Source: Lacunisphaera sp.
GTDB taxonomy: Bacteria; Verrucomicrobiota; Verrucomicrobiia; Opitutales; Opitutaceae
NCBI GenBank assembly: GCA_029945445.1
Contig: JAQSCO010000014.1
Span: forward strand, 161,755 to 225,754
DNA length: 64,000 nucleotides
Direction: 5' to 3'
The notes under the pieces were generated by a model. The model was not told the origin of the DNA. It saw nothing but the letters and a program-made list of their open reading frames with translations, and searched no databases. The translations under genes and the position numbers were made by a program. Shown here one piece after another: positions 9,594 to 17,774 of this stretch (position 1 is the stretch's first letter; every line of letters begins with the position of its first letter).

Positions 9594-10604
9594 ATGCTAT
9601 TCCTCTGCCAGCACGGCTATGAAGCCCTCCTTGAGCGCGAGCTCGTGGAGGCCGGCCGGCCCGTGGTGGAGAAGGGCGCGGGCTGGGCGTTGGCGACGGA
9701 GGGTTCCGCCGCCGCGGGACTGGCGGAGCTGGCGTTTCCGCACCTGACCCTGCTGGCGCCGCGCGAGTTCAAGGGCGAATCGGTCAACGCGCTCGCGTCG
9801 CAGCTGGCGGACTTTTTCCTCGAAAGCCTGCGCGGCGAGCGGATCGACGCGGCGTGGCCGTGCGTGTTCCAGACCGTGCCGGAGGTCGTCGGCCTCGGGC
9901 GGCGCGCCACCGGCGTGGCGAAGGCCTTCGACGAGCTCCTGCGCAAGAAACTTTCGCGCATCGCCAAGCTGGCCCTGCCGGAGCTGCCGCGCGGCGCGGG
10001 CCCGGCGCGCGGGCTGTTTGTGTTCTTCGCGGATTTCGGCCGGGTGTTCGCGGCGCGCGAGGCCTTCCTCGGCGGGCAGCGCCGCATGGCCGACGACGAC
10101 GCGGCCCCGTCGCGCTCCTACCTGAAGGTCGAGGAGGCCTACATCGTCCTCGGCCGCGAGCCGGCGCCGGGTGAGACCGTCGTGGACCTCGGCGCGGCGC
10201 CGGGCGGGTGGAGCTACAGCGCGGCCAAGCGCGGCGCCAGGGTCATCGCGATCGACAACGGCCCGCTCAAGGGCGGCGCGTTCAACCATCCGCTGATCGA
10301 GCACCGGTTGGAGGATGCGTTCAAGTTCGCGCCGCCGGCCGGCGAGGTATTCGACTGGCTCTTCTGCGATCTCGTCGAGGAGCCGCACCACGTGATGCAG
10401 AACATCGTCGCCCCGTGGCTGGCCCGCCGCTGGTGCCGGCACTTCGTCATCAACCTGAAGTTCGGCCACGTGGACTCGCTCGGCCTGCTCAAGGAGGTGC
10501 GCGCGATTGGCTCGCCCTGCGCCGCGCACGCCGCCAACCTCCGCATCCGCCACCTCTATCACGACCGCGAGGAACTCACGCTGGTCGGCGACACGCGCCC
10601 ATGA
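9594..10604 (+). CDS. rlmM: RlmM-like (FtsJ-family) 23S rRNA 2'-O-ribose methyltransferase
   Basis: SRSYLKVEEA, VDLGAAPGGWS, AIDNGP, DAFKF, WLFCDLVEEP correspond to the RlmM motifs. Confidence 0.78.
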   Translation: MLFLCQHGYEALLERELVEAGRPVVEKGAGWALATEGSAAAGLAELAFPHLTLLAPREFKGESVNALASQLADFFLESLRGERIDAAWPCVFQTVPEVVGLGRRATGVAKAFDELLRKKLSRIAKLALPELPRGAGPARGLFVFFADFGRVFAAREAFLGGQRRMADDDAAPSRSYLKVEEAYIVLGREPAPGETVVDLGAAPGGWSYSAAKRGARVIAIDNGPLKGGAFNHPLIEHRLEDAFKFAPPAGEVFDWLFCDLVEEPHHVMQNIVAPWLARRWCRHFVINLKFGHVDSLGLLKEVRAIGSPCAAHAANLRIRHLYHDREELTLVGDTRP

Positions 10605-11365
10605 AACTCCACGTCCACGCCAAGCAACAGGAACTCAACGTCTGCGGCTGGCAGGCGGTCTCGATGCTGTTCGCCCGGCACCCGGACGACGTGCGGCGGC
10701 TGTTCTTCGACGCGGCGACCGGCAAGCGCGCGGGCGGGTTCTGCTCGCAGCTGGCGGCGCAGAAGAAGGTTTACCGGCAGGTCGAGGCGGCCGAGCTTGA
10801 GAAAGTCGCCGGCACCAAGCTGCACGGCGGCATCGTCGCCGTCATCGGCGAGCGGCCGCTCAAGAAGGTGACGCGCGAGGTTCTCGCGGAATGGGGCCGG
10901 GCGCGCGCGCCGCTGCTGCTGCTCGACCGCGTGAGCAATGCCAACAACGTCGGCGCCATCGTGCGCACCGCGGCGTTCTTCGGCGTGCGGGCGATCATCG
11001 TGCCCGACCACCCGGCGCAGGCGTTGCCGGGCGAGGCGGCCTACCGCGTGGCGGAGGGCGGCATGGAGTTCGTGGATTTCTACCGCGTGCCGGCGCTGCC
11101 GGTGATCTGCGCGGAGCTGAAGCGCCACCATTTCCTCATCGGCACGAGCCTGACCGGCAACCAGCTGTCGCCCGCCCAGGCCAAGGCGCGCGGCATCCCG
11201 CGGCCGCCCGCGATCATCCTTGGTAACGAGGAGCGCGGCATGGCGCCCGAGCTGGCGGCACAGTGCGACCGGCTGGTCAAGATCCCGGGCGTGGACGCGG
11301 TCGAGTCGCTCAACGTCTCCGCGGCCGCCGCGGTGCTGTGCTGGGAGTTTTTCGGCCAGCGCTGA
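10601..11365 (+). CDS. TrmH/SpoU family RNA methyltransferase
   Basis: Start ATG 10601 overlaps the previous stop (ATGA). SPOUT motifs LDRVSNANNVGAIVRTA, LGNEERG, VESLNVSAAAAV. Confidence 0.9.
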   Translation: MKLHVHAKQQELNVCGWQAVSMLFARHPDDVRRLFFDAATGKRAGGFCSQLAAQKKVYRQVEAAELEKVAGTKLHGGIVAVIGERPLKKVTREVLAEWGRARAPLLLLDRVSNANNVGAIVRTAAFFGVRAIIVPDHPAQALPGEAAYRVAEGGMEFVDFYRVPALPVICAELKRHHFLIGTSLTGNQLSPAQAKARGIPRPPAIILGNEERGMAPELAAQCDRLVKIPGVDAVESLNVSAAAAVLCWEFFGQR

Positions 11366-12172
11366 TCAACGCCCGAGCAGCCAGTCGGTGAAGCCATACT
11401 TCGTCGCGGGCGCGGCGGGGGGCACGGGTTCGAACCAGCCCGCCTTCTTGTAGAGGATGACGACATCCTGCATGCCCCAGGCTTCCTCGAGGTAAGCGCG
11501 CAGGATGATGTCGGGGTAGCGCTGCAGCGTGCGCATGAGCCACTCGGGCGACGTGACGGCGAGGCCGTAGTCGCCGTGCTCCGGCTCGAAATATTTCTGG
11601 TAGGCGAAGCCGGTGCGCGCGAAGTCCGCCAGCAGCGCGGGCTTGTCGATGTTCTCGGCGATCTGCTTGTGGCCGCGGGCGAGCAGGCTGGCCACGCCAC
11701 GGCCCTGCGTGGTGAAGACGATAACGCCGCACTCGCGGGTCCACCGCACGAGGCAATCGAGCGTGGCGAGCCAGCGGTCCCGGCTCAGGTGCGTGACGAG
11801 CGAGCCGACCCAGATGAGATCGAACTGCGCCGTGAACGGCAGCTGGGGCAGGTCCGGCACCGAATACACGGGCACCGCGCCGAATTGCTTCGCGCAAAAG
11901 TCCACGCCGTCGCGGTCGAGGTCGCACGCGGTGATTTTGGCGTAGCCGTAATGGGCGCGCAGCCAGCGCAGGACGCGCCCGTGGCCGCAGGGCAGGTCGA
12001 GGATGTCGGGGTAGTGCGGCTTGTCGCAGAGCACAGAGGAGAAATGGATCAGTTCCAGCGCGCGGCGGCCAAGGTCGAAGTATTGCTCCGGATTTTCCGC
12101 CGCGACCATACCGTCGCGGAGCGCGATGGTGCGGTCAACCGTCAGCGAGCCGAAATCATAAAGGGGCTTCAT
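11366..12172 (-). CDS. Class I SAM-dependent methyltransferase
   Basis: Motif I ILDLPCGHGR, motif II TACDLD, FDLIWVGSLVTH. Confidence 0.85.
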   Translation of the reverse strand: MKPLYDFGSLTVDRTIALRDGMVAAENPEQYFDLGRRALELIHFSSVLCDKPHYPDILDLPCGHGRVLRWLRAHYGYAKITACDLDRDGVDFCAKQFGAVPVYSVPDLPQLPFTAQFDLIWVGSLVTHLSRDRWLATLDCLVRWTRECGVIVFTTQGRGVASLLARGHKQIAENIDKPALLADFARTGFAYQKYFEPEHGDYGLAVTSPEWLMRTLQRYPDIILRAYLEEAWGMQDVVILYKKAGWFEPVPPAAPATKYGFTDWLLGR

Positions 12173-12200
12173 CTTGTCCTGCGAATCCGGTTAAGCCTGT

Positions 12201-12824
12201 CTACTCGAGCGTCCGCAGCACGGCGCGGATCGGCGAGCCGTCGCCGCCGCGGATCCGCAGCGGCAGGGCGATGAGTTCGTAGACTCCCGGCGCCACCGCG
12301 CGCAGGTCGAGGTTTTCCAGGATGACAATGCCCGCGGCGGCGCAGGCGTGGTGGATCGGCAGGTCCTTGCTCTCGCGGTGGTCGACCGAGGGGACATCAA
12401 AGCCGACGAGCTTAACGCCGCGGGCCGCGAGCCACGCGGGGAGATCGGGCGTCATCAGCGGCCAGCCGGGCGGGAAGACCGCCGGGTCGGGCCACGAATC
12501 GCTCTTGAAGAGCACGCGCGGCGTCGCGGCGAAATCGTGCGCGGCGAGCTGGGCCGGCGTGATGGTGGCGTGGCCGCGGAGGTCAACGACGCGCGCCGGA
12601 CCGACGTAGGTCCCGACCGGCACCTCGTCGATCTTCGCGCCGGCGTCATTGTAGTGGAAAGGGGCGTCGGCGTGCGTGCCGGTATGCACGCTCAGGGTGA
12701 GCCGCCCGACATTGACGGCCGCGCCTTGCGGGATGGTGACGACCAGCTTGAACTCGGCGGCGGTGTCACCCGGCCAGACGGGCATGCCGGTGTGGATGGG
12801 GCGGGAGATGTCGATGAACTTCAT
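12201..12824 (-). CDS. kynB: Kynurenine formamidase (cyclase family)
   Basis: Start ATG 12824 (MKFIDISRPI) overlaps the kynU stop. HTGTHADAPFH metal motif, GFDVPSVD, ILENLDL, PLRIRGGDGSPIRAV. Confidence 0.88.
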   Translation of the reverse strand: MKFIDISRPIHTGMPVWPGDTAAEFKLVVTIPQGAAVNVGRLTLSVHTGTHADAPFHYNDAGAKIDEVPVGTYVGPARVVDLRGHATITPAQLAAHDFAATPRVLFKSDSWPDPAVFPPGWPLMTPDLPAWLAARGVKLVGFDVPSVDHRESKDLPIHHACAAAGIVILENLDLRAVAPGVYELIALPLRIRGGDGSPIRAVLRTLE

Positions 12825-14083
12825 GTGACAATGGGGCGGGCAGCGGAAAATTTCTCGTGGGCCTTGGTGCGCATGATTTTTTGCAGGCGGGCGATGGCTT
12901 CCGCGCAGTCGGCGAAGCTGGTGTAGAGCGGCGCGGGCGCGAGCCGGATCATGTCGGGCGGGCGGAAATCGGGCACGACACCCGCGGCCTTGAGCGCCGC
13001 GCAGATGCGCCAGGCGTCGGGGTGGGCGAGGGTGATGTGCCCGCCGCGTTCGGCGTCCGCGCGTGGACTGACGAGAGCAAACCCGCAGCCGGCCAGCTCG
13101 CTTTCCACCTGCTCCATTAGGTAGGTTGTCTGGGCGAGCGACTTGGCGCGCAGCGCGGCAATGCCGCCCGCCTCCGTGATGATCTCGAGCGAACCCGCTA
13201 GCGGCGCGAGGCTCAGCAGGTGCGGCGTGCCGATGTGCAGCGCGGAGGCGCCGGCGGCGGGTTCGTGCAGTGCGGTGAGTGCGAAACGCCGGTCGGGCCG
13301 CACGCCCCACCAGCCCGCGAGACCAGGTGCGCGGTGGAAGTGGCGGCGGTTGAGATACAGGCCGCCGACGGCCCCGGGCCCGGCGTTGAGGTATTTGTAG
13401 GAACACCAGAACGCGAAATCCACGCCGTCCGCATCGAGCGCATGCGGCACCGCGCCGATGGAGTGCGAGCAGTCGAAGCCGATGAGGAGGCCGCGGGCGT
13501 GCGCCGCGCGGGTGAGCGCGGCGGCATCGAGCAGCTGCCCGCTGGTGAACTGCACGAGCGAGAGCACCAGCAACTGCACGTCGGGCGCGAGGGCGGCAAG
13601 GATGTCCGCGGGGCGCAGCGTGCGGCCGTCGTGGCTGCGGACGAGGCGCAGGTGCCGCGCCGGGTCGAGTCCGCGCTGCCGCAGGTGGCTCTGCAACGCA
13701 TGCAGGTCGGAGGGAAAGTTCAGCTCGTCGGCGACGATGATATTGCGCGGATTTGCCGGATCAAAAAACGTGGCGAGCAACTGGTGCAGGTTCGTCGTGG
13801 TCGAACCCGTGACGGCGACCTCGTCGGACGCGGCGCCGATGAGCGGGGCGAGTTGCGCGGCGATCGTCTCGCTGAGGCTGATCCAGGGCGGGGCGGCGTC
13901 GGTCCAGCCGCTGATGCCGAGCGCGCGCCACTCGCCGATGACGCGCTGCAGGTGCCCCTCGGCGCGGCGGCTGAGCAGGCCGAGCGAGTTGCCGTCGAGG
14001 TAGACCTGCCCGGACGGCAGGTGGAACTCGGCGCGGAAACGTGCGAGCGGGTCGGCTTGATCGAGCGCTTGGGCGGAACGCAT
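12821..14083 (-). CDS. kynU: Kynureninase (PLP-dependent)
   Basis: Likely start ATG 14083. YLDGNSLGL, FPSD, FDCSHSIGAVP, WCSYKYLNAGPG (PLP lysine), GWWG, RGGH, DFRPP..IRLAPAPLY. Confidence 0.93.
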   Translation of the reverse strand: MRSAQALDQADPLARFRAEFHLPSGQVYLDGNSLGLLSRRAEGHLQRVIGEWRALGISGWTDAAPPWISLSETIAAQLAPLIGAASDEVAVTGSTTTNLHQLLATFFDPANPRNIIVADELNFPSDLHALQSHLRQRGLDPARHLRLVRSHDGRTLRPADILAALAPDVQLLVLSLVQFTSGQLLDAAALTRAAHARGLLIGFDCSHSIGAVPHALDADGVDFAFWCSYKYLNAGPGAVGGLYLNRRHFHRAPGLAGWWGVRPDRRFALTALHEPAAGASALHIGTPHLLSLAPLAGSLEIITEAGGIAALRAKSLAQTTYLMEQVESELAGCGFALVSPRADAERGGHITLAHPDAWRICAALKAAGVVPDFRPPDMIRLAPAPLYTSFADCAEAIARLQKIMRTKAHEKFSAARPIVT

Positions 14084-14171
14084 GGGCGTGAGCGTCGCGA
14101 GAAACGCCGGCGGCGCAAATGCGAAAGCAAATTGGCTGGCCGGGGCCGCGCCGGGCCGCACAATCACCGCC

Positions 14172-15308
14172 GTGAACATTCCCGCCTGGGACGACCGTGA
14201 GTGGACCCCGCTGCCGCGCCTCGCGGGCACGGTGCGCGCGGACATCTGCGTCGTCGGGCTCGGCGGCTCGGGGCTCGCGGCGCTGGAGGAGCTGATGGCG
14301 CTCGGCGTCAGCGCCGTCGGCGTCGACGCGGTGGCGGTCGGCGCGGGCGCGGCGGGTCGCAACGGCGGCTTCGTGCTCGCGGGGCTGGCGAAATTTTTCC
14401 ACGAGAACGTGGCGGATTTCGGGCGCGACACGGCGGCGGCGCTTTATCGGCTGACGGCGGAGGAGATCCAGCGCCAGGCCGGCGCGTTGCCCGGCATCAT
14501 CCGGCTGACCGGTTCGCTGCGCATCGCCGCCGACGAGGCCGAGCGCGCGGACTGCCGGCGGCATCTCGCGGCGTTGCGGGCGGCGGGCTTCGCCGCCGAA
14601 GCCTACGCCGGGCCGGAAGGCGAGGGAATCCTGCTGCCGGCCGACGGCGTCATGCAGCCGCTGCAGCGCGTGCGGACGCTCGCGCAAAGGCTGCGGACGG
14701 ACGGCGCGCGGCTCTATGAAAGCTCGCCCGTGAAAAAAATCGTGCCCGGCTCGGTCATCACCGAGACGGGCACGGTGCGGTGCGAAGCGGTCGTTGTCGC
14801 GGTGGACGGACGGTTGGAGCAAATCTTTCCGGAGCTCAGCCCCCGCGTGCGCACGGCGCGGCTGCAGATGCTCGCGACCGCGCCGGCGCCGGAGGTCAAT
14901 TTTCCGCGGCCGGTCTACTGGCGGCACGGCTACGAATACTGGCAGCAGCAGCCCGACCACACGGTGGCGCTCGGCGGTTTCCGCGACCACGCCCTGAAGG
15001 CCGAGTGGACGGCCAGCGCCGAGCCGACGGAATTAATCCAGGGCCGGCTCGACAAATTCCTGCGCGAGCACCTGCGGGTCAAGGCGCGCGTCACGCACCG
15101 CTGGGCCGCGTCAGTCGCCTACACGAAAGACGGCCTGCCGGTGATGGAGGAGGTGCGCGCCAAGGTGTGGGCCGCCGGCGCCTATTGCGGCACCGGCAAC
15201 ATCGTCGGCGCGCTGTGCGCGCGGGCCGCGGCGCGGCTGGCGTGCGGGCAGTCCTCGGACTGGGCGGAGCTGCTGGCCATCGCGCGGGCGCACGCGGCCA
15301 AGTCATAA
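14172..15308 (+). CDS. FAD-dependent oxidoreductase (DAO/PuuB-like family)
   Basis: Probable GTG start 14172. ADICVVGLGGSGL dinucleotide fold, GAGAAGRNGG, C-terminal AYCGTG. Confidence 0.82.
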   Translation: MNIPAWDDREWTPLPRLAGTVRADICVVGLGGSGLAALEELMALGVSAVGVDAVAVGAGAAGRNGGFVLAGLAKFFHENVADFGRDTAAALYRLTAEEIQRQAGALPGIIRLTGSLRIAADEAERADCRRHLAALRAAGFAAEAYAGPEGEGILLPADGVMQPLQRVRTLAQRLRTDGARLYESSPVKKIVPGSVITETGTVRCEAVVVAVDGRLEQIFPELSPRVRTARLQMLATAPAPEVNFPRPVYWRHGYEYWQQQPDHTVALGGFRDHALKAEWTASAEPTELIQGRLDKFLREHLRVKARVTHRWAASVAYTKDGLPVMEEVRAKVWAAGAYCGTGNIVGALCARAAARLACGQSSDWAELLAIARAHAAKS

Positions 15309-15320
15309 ACGGCTCCGGAA

Positions 15321-15326
15321 TTGACA
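15321..15326 (+). promoter_or_regulatory. Consensus sigma70 -35 hexamer upstream of the leader peptide
   Basis: TTGACA 33 bp before the leader ATG; no convincing -10 hexamer seen. Confidence 0.4.
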
Positions 15327-15358
15327 GCGGCCGGGCGGGGCGTCACCTGTTGCACCCG

Positions 15359-15448
15359 ATGAATCGCTTTGCCGCCACCTTTTACTTTAGCTTTGCGGTC
15401 TATTTTGCCCCGCAAACCCGAGGCGGCTTGGCCTCACGCAAATCCTGA
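15359..15448 (+). CDS. Phe/Tyr-rich attenuator leader peptide (29 aa)
   Basis: MNRFAATFYFSFAVYFAPQTRGGLASRKS; 5 Phe (all TTT) and 2 Tyr in codons 4-16, directly upstream of aroF-pheA. Confidence 0.85.
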   Translation: MNRFAATFYFSFAVYFAPQTRGGLASRKS

Positions 15449-15469
15449 CCTGAAACCAGAACCAATTTG

Positions 15470-15507
15470 CAAAGAAGCCGCCCAAGCCAGGGCGGCTTCT
15501 TTGTTTT
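15470..15507 (+). terminator. Intrinsic terminator of the attenuator
   Basis: 14-bp stem CAAAGAAGCCGCCC (15470-15483) / GGGCGGCTTCTTTG (15490-15503), 6-nt loop, then TTTT; ends 14 bp before the aroF ATG. Confidence 0.88.
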
Positions 15508-15521
15508 AACCCCCGCCCGCC

Positions 15522-16568
15522 ATGATCCTCCCCAAGAACCATCGTCTCACGGATGCCCAGGTCGCCGAGCTGACCGCGATCGTCACTGAGTTCGGCTGCC
15601 GCATCCAGCCGATCGTCGGCGACGTCCGCACGATCTACGCGATCGTGGGCGACGAGCGCCACGAGCTGATGATCAACCGGCTCGAGGGCCTGCCGTATGT
15701 CGACCGCGTCGATACCATCCAGTCGCCGCACAAGCTGATGGACATCAAGTCCGACCTCGCCAGCCACCGGGTGAAGGTCGGCGGCGTGACCCTCGGCAAC
15801 GGGCAGCTGTTGATCATGGCCGGCCACTGCACGATCGACCCGAAGAACCCGCACCTCTTCTACGAGACCGCGCAGGCCGTGAAGGAGGCCGGTGCCCACG
15901 CGCTCCGCGGCGGCGTGTGGAAGCCGCGCACCAATCCCTACGCGTTCCAGGGCGACCACAAGTCGCTCGATATCCTGATGGAGGGCGCGCGCCGCACCGG
16001 CCTGCCGGTGGACACCGAGGTGATGGACGAGGAGCAGTTGAAGCTCGCGCTCGCCGCCGGGGTGCACGTGCTGCAGATCGGCGCGCGCAACGCGCTGAAC
16101 TACTCCCTCCTCCGCCAGGTCGGCGCGGCCATCGCCGGCAAACCGGTCGCGGTGTTGCTCAAGCGCGGCATGCACACCGGCACGCTCAACGAGTTCATCT
16201 CCGCCGCGGAATACATCGTGAACTTCGGCAACCCCAACGTTATCCTCTGCCCGCGCGGCACGCAGCCCGGCCTCGACGGCTACCGCAACCAGCCCGACGA
16301 GGCCATCACCCCGCTGCTCAAGGAGCGCACCTGGGCCCCGGTCGTCGTCGACCCGTCCCATTCGGTCGGCAAGGCCGCCTATGTCCCGGCCTGCGCGCTC
16401 GCGGCCGTGGCCTATGGGGCGGACGGCCTCTGCATCGAGGCCCACGTCAGCCCGAGCCACGGGCTCGGCGACGACCCGAAGCAGGCCATCACGCCCACCG
16501 TGCTTGCGGGGTTGATTACGCAGGCCAAGGCCGTTCATGCTCTGCACCGTCCCGTCGCCGTGTCATGA
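15522..16568 (+). CDS. aroF: DAHP synthase, class I-beta with N-terminal ferredoxin-like regulatory domain
   Basis: About 70-aa N-terminal extension, then AGHC, KPRTNPYAFQG, QIGARN, LKRG, VDPSHS.G, IEAH. Confidence 0.92.
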   Translation: MILPKNHRLTDAQVAELTAIVTEFGCRIQPIVGDVRTIYAIVGDERHELMINRLEGLPYVDRVDTIQSPHKLMDIKSDLASHRVKVGGVTLGNGQLLIMAGHCTIDPKNPHLFYETAQAVKEAGAHALRGGVWKPRTNPYAFQGDHKSLDILMEGARRTGLPVDTEVMDEEQLKLALAAGVHVLQIGARNALNYSLLRQVGAAIAGKPVAVLLKRGMHTGTLNEFISAAEYIVNFGNPNVILCPRGTQPGLDGYRNQPDEAITPLLKERTWAPVVVDPSHSVGKAAYVPACALAAVAYGADGLCIEAHVSPSHGLGDDPKQAITPTVLAGLITQAKAVHALHRPVAVS

Positions 16569-17641
16569 AAAAACAACTCGCCAAAATCCGTGCCCAGATC
16601 GACGCCCTCGACCAGAAGGCCGTCAGGCTGCTCAACACGCGCCTGAAGTGCGCGCAGCGGATCGGCGAGCTCAAGCGCGGCGCGAAGACCCGCATCTACG
16701 TCGCCGAGCGCGAGGCCGACGTCCTCCGCCGGGTGCAGTCCGCGAACCAGGGTCCGCTCAAGCCGGCGGCGCTGACCGCCATCTACCGCGAGATCATGTC
16801 CGCCGCGCTCGCCTTGGAAAAGCCGCTCTGCATCGCCTACCTCGGGCCCGAGGCCACCAACACGCACCAGGCCGCGCTGCGGAAGTTCGGTTCGAGCGTG
16901 GACTACCGGCCGATGCCGACCATCGCCGACATCTTCACCGCCGTCGAGAAGGGCGAGGCCGACTACGGCGTCGTGCCCGTCGAGAATTCCACCGAGGGCT
17001 CCGTGCGCGACTCGCTCGACCTGTTCGTCGAGACACCGCTGAAGATTGTTGCCGAGATCCACCAGGAGATCGAGCACACGCTGCTGTCGCACGAGCCGCT
17101 GGCGAAGATCAAAAAGATCTACTCGAAGGACCAGGCGCTCGCGCAGTGCCGCCGCTGGCTGCAGCGCAACCTGCCGCACGCGCAGCTGGTCGACGTCGAC
17201 AGCACCGCGCTCGGCGTCCAGATTGCCGCGAAGACGAAGGGCGCTGCGGCCATCGCGCCGCGCCTCGCCGGCGAGCGCTACGGCGTGCCGGTCGCCGCGA
17301 CGCACATCCAGGACCTCAAGAACAACACCTCGCGCTTCGTGTTCCTCGGGCGCGAGGCCTCGGGCTCGGCCGGCAGCGGCCACGACAAGACGAGCCTGCT
17401 TGTCTCGCTCCACCACGAGCCCGGCGCGCTGCTGCACGCGCTGCAGCCGTTCAACCGCCGCAGGCTCAACCTCACGCGCATCGAGTCGCGCCCGAGCCGG
17501 CTGAAACCGTGGGACTACATTTTTTTCCTCGATGTCACCGGCCACTACGACGACCCGGCGATGCAGGCCGCGCTCAAGGAGCTGAGCCGGAAGTGCCCGC
17601 TCGTGAAGTGGCTCGGGAGCTACCCCGTCGCCAAGCGGTAG
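16565..17641 (+). CDS. pheA: Bifunctional chorismate mutase/prephenate dehydratase (P-protein)
   Basis: Start ATG 16565 overlaps the aroF stop. IRAQIDALD (CM), YLGPEATNTH, PVENSTEG, NNTSRF (PDT), LTRIESRP (ACT). Confidence 0.95.
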   Translation: MKKQLAKIRAQIDALDQKAVRLLNTRLKCAQRIGELKRGAKTRIYVAEREADVLRRVQSANQGPLKPAALTAIYREIMSAALALEKPLCIAYLGPEATNTHQAALRKFGSSVDYRPMPTIADIFTAVEKGEADYGVVPVENSTEGSVRDSLDLFVETPLKIVAEIHQEIEHTLLSHEPLAKIKKIYSKDQALAQCRRWLQRNLPHAQLVDVDSTALGVQIAAKTKGAAAIAPRLAGERYGVPVAATHIQDLKNNTSRFVFLGREASGSAGSGHDKTSLLVSLHHEPGALLHALQPFNRRRLNLTRIESRPSRLKPWDYIFFLDVTGHYDDPAMQAALKELSRKCPLVKWLGSYPVAKR

Positions 17642-17774
17642 GAAGGTGAAACCCGACCTCCGGGCGGGTTGGTTGAAGGTGCGTCCTGAAATCCCGTCCG
17701 GAAGCCGGGTTATACCAATTGAAGACAGCCAATTTTAGCTGGGCACGCTTGGCCGCTTGGGGTTTTGTCGCATT

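Noticed and set aside
14084-14171. Trp leader or attenuator for kynU
   Set aside because: No short Trp-containing ORF or terminator found in the 88-bp gap.
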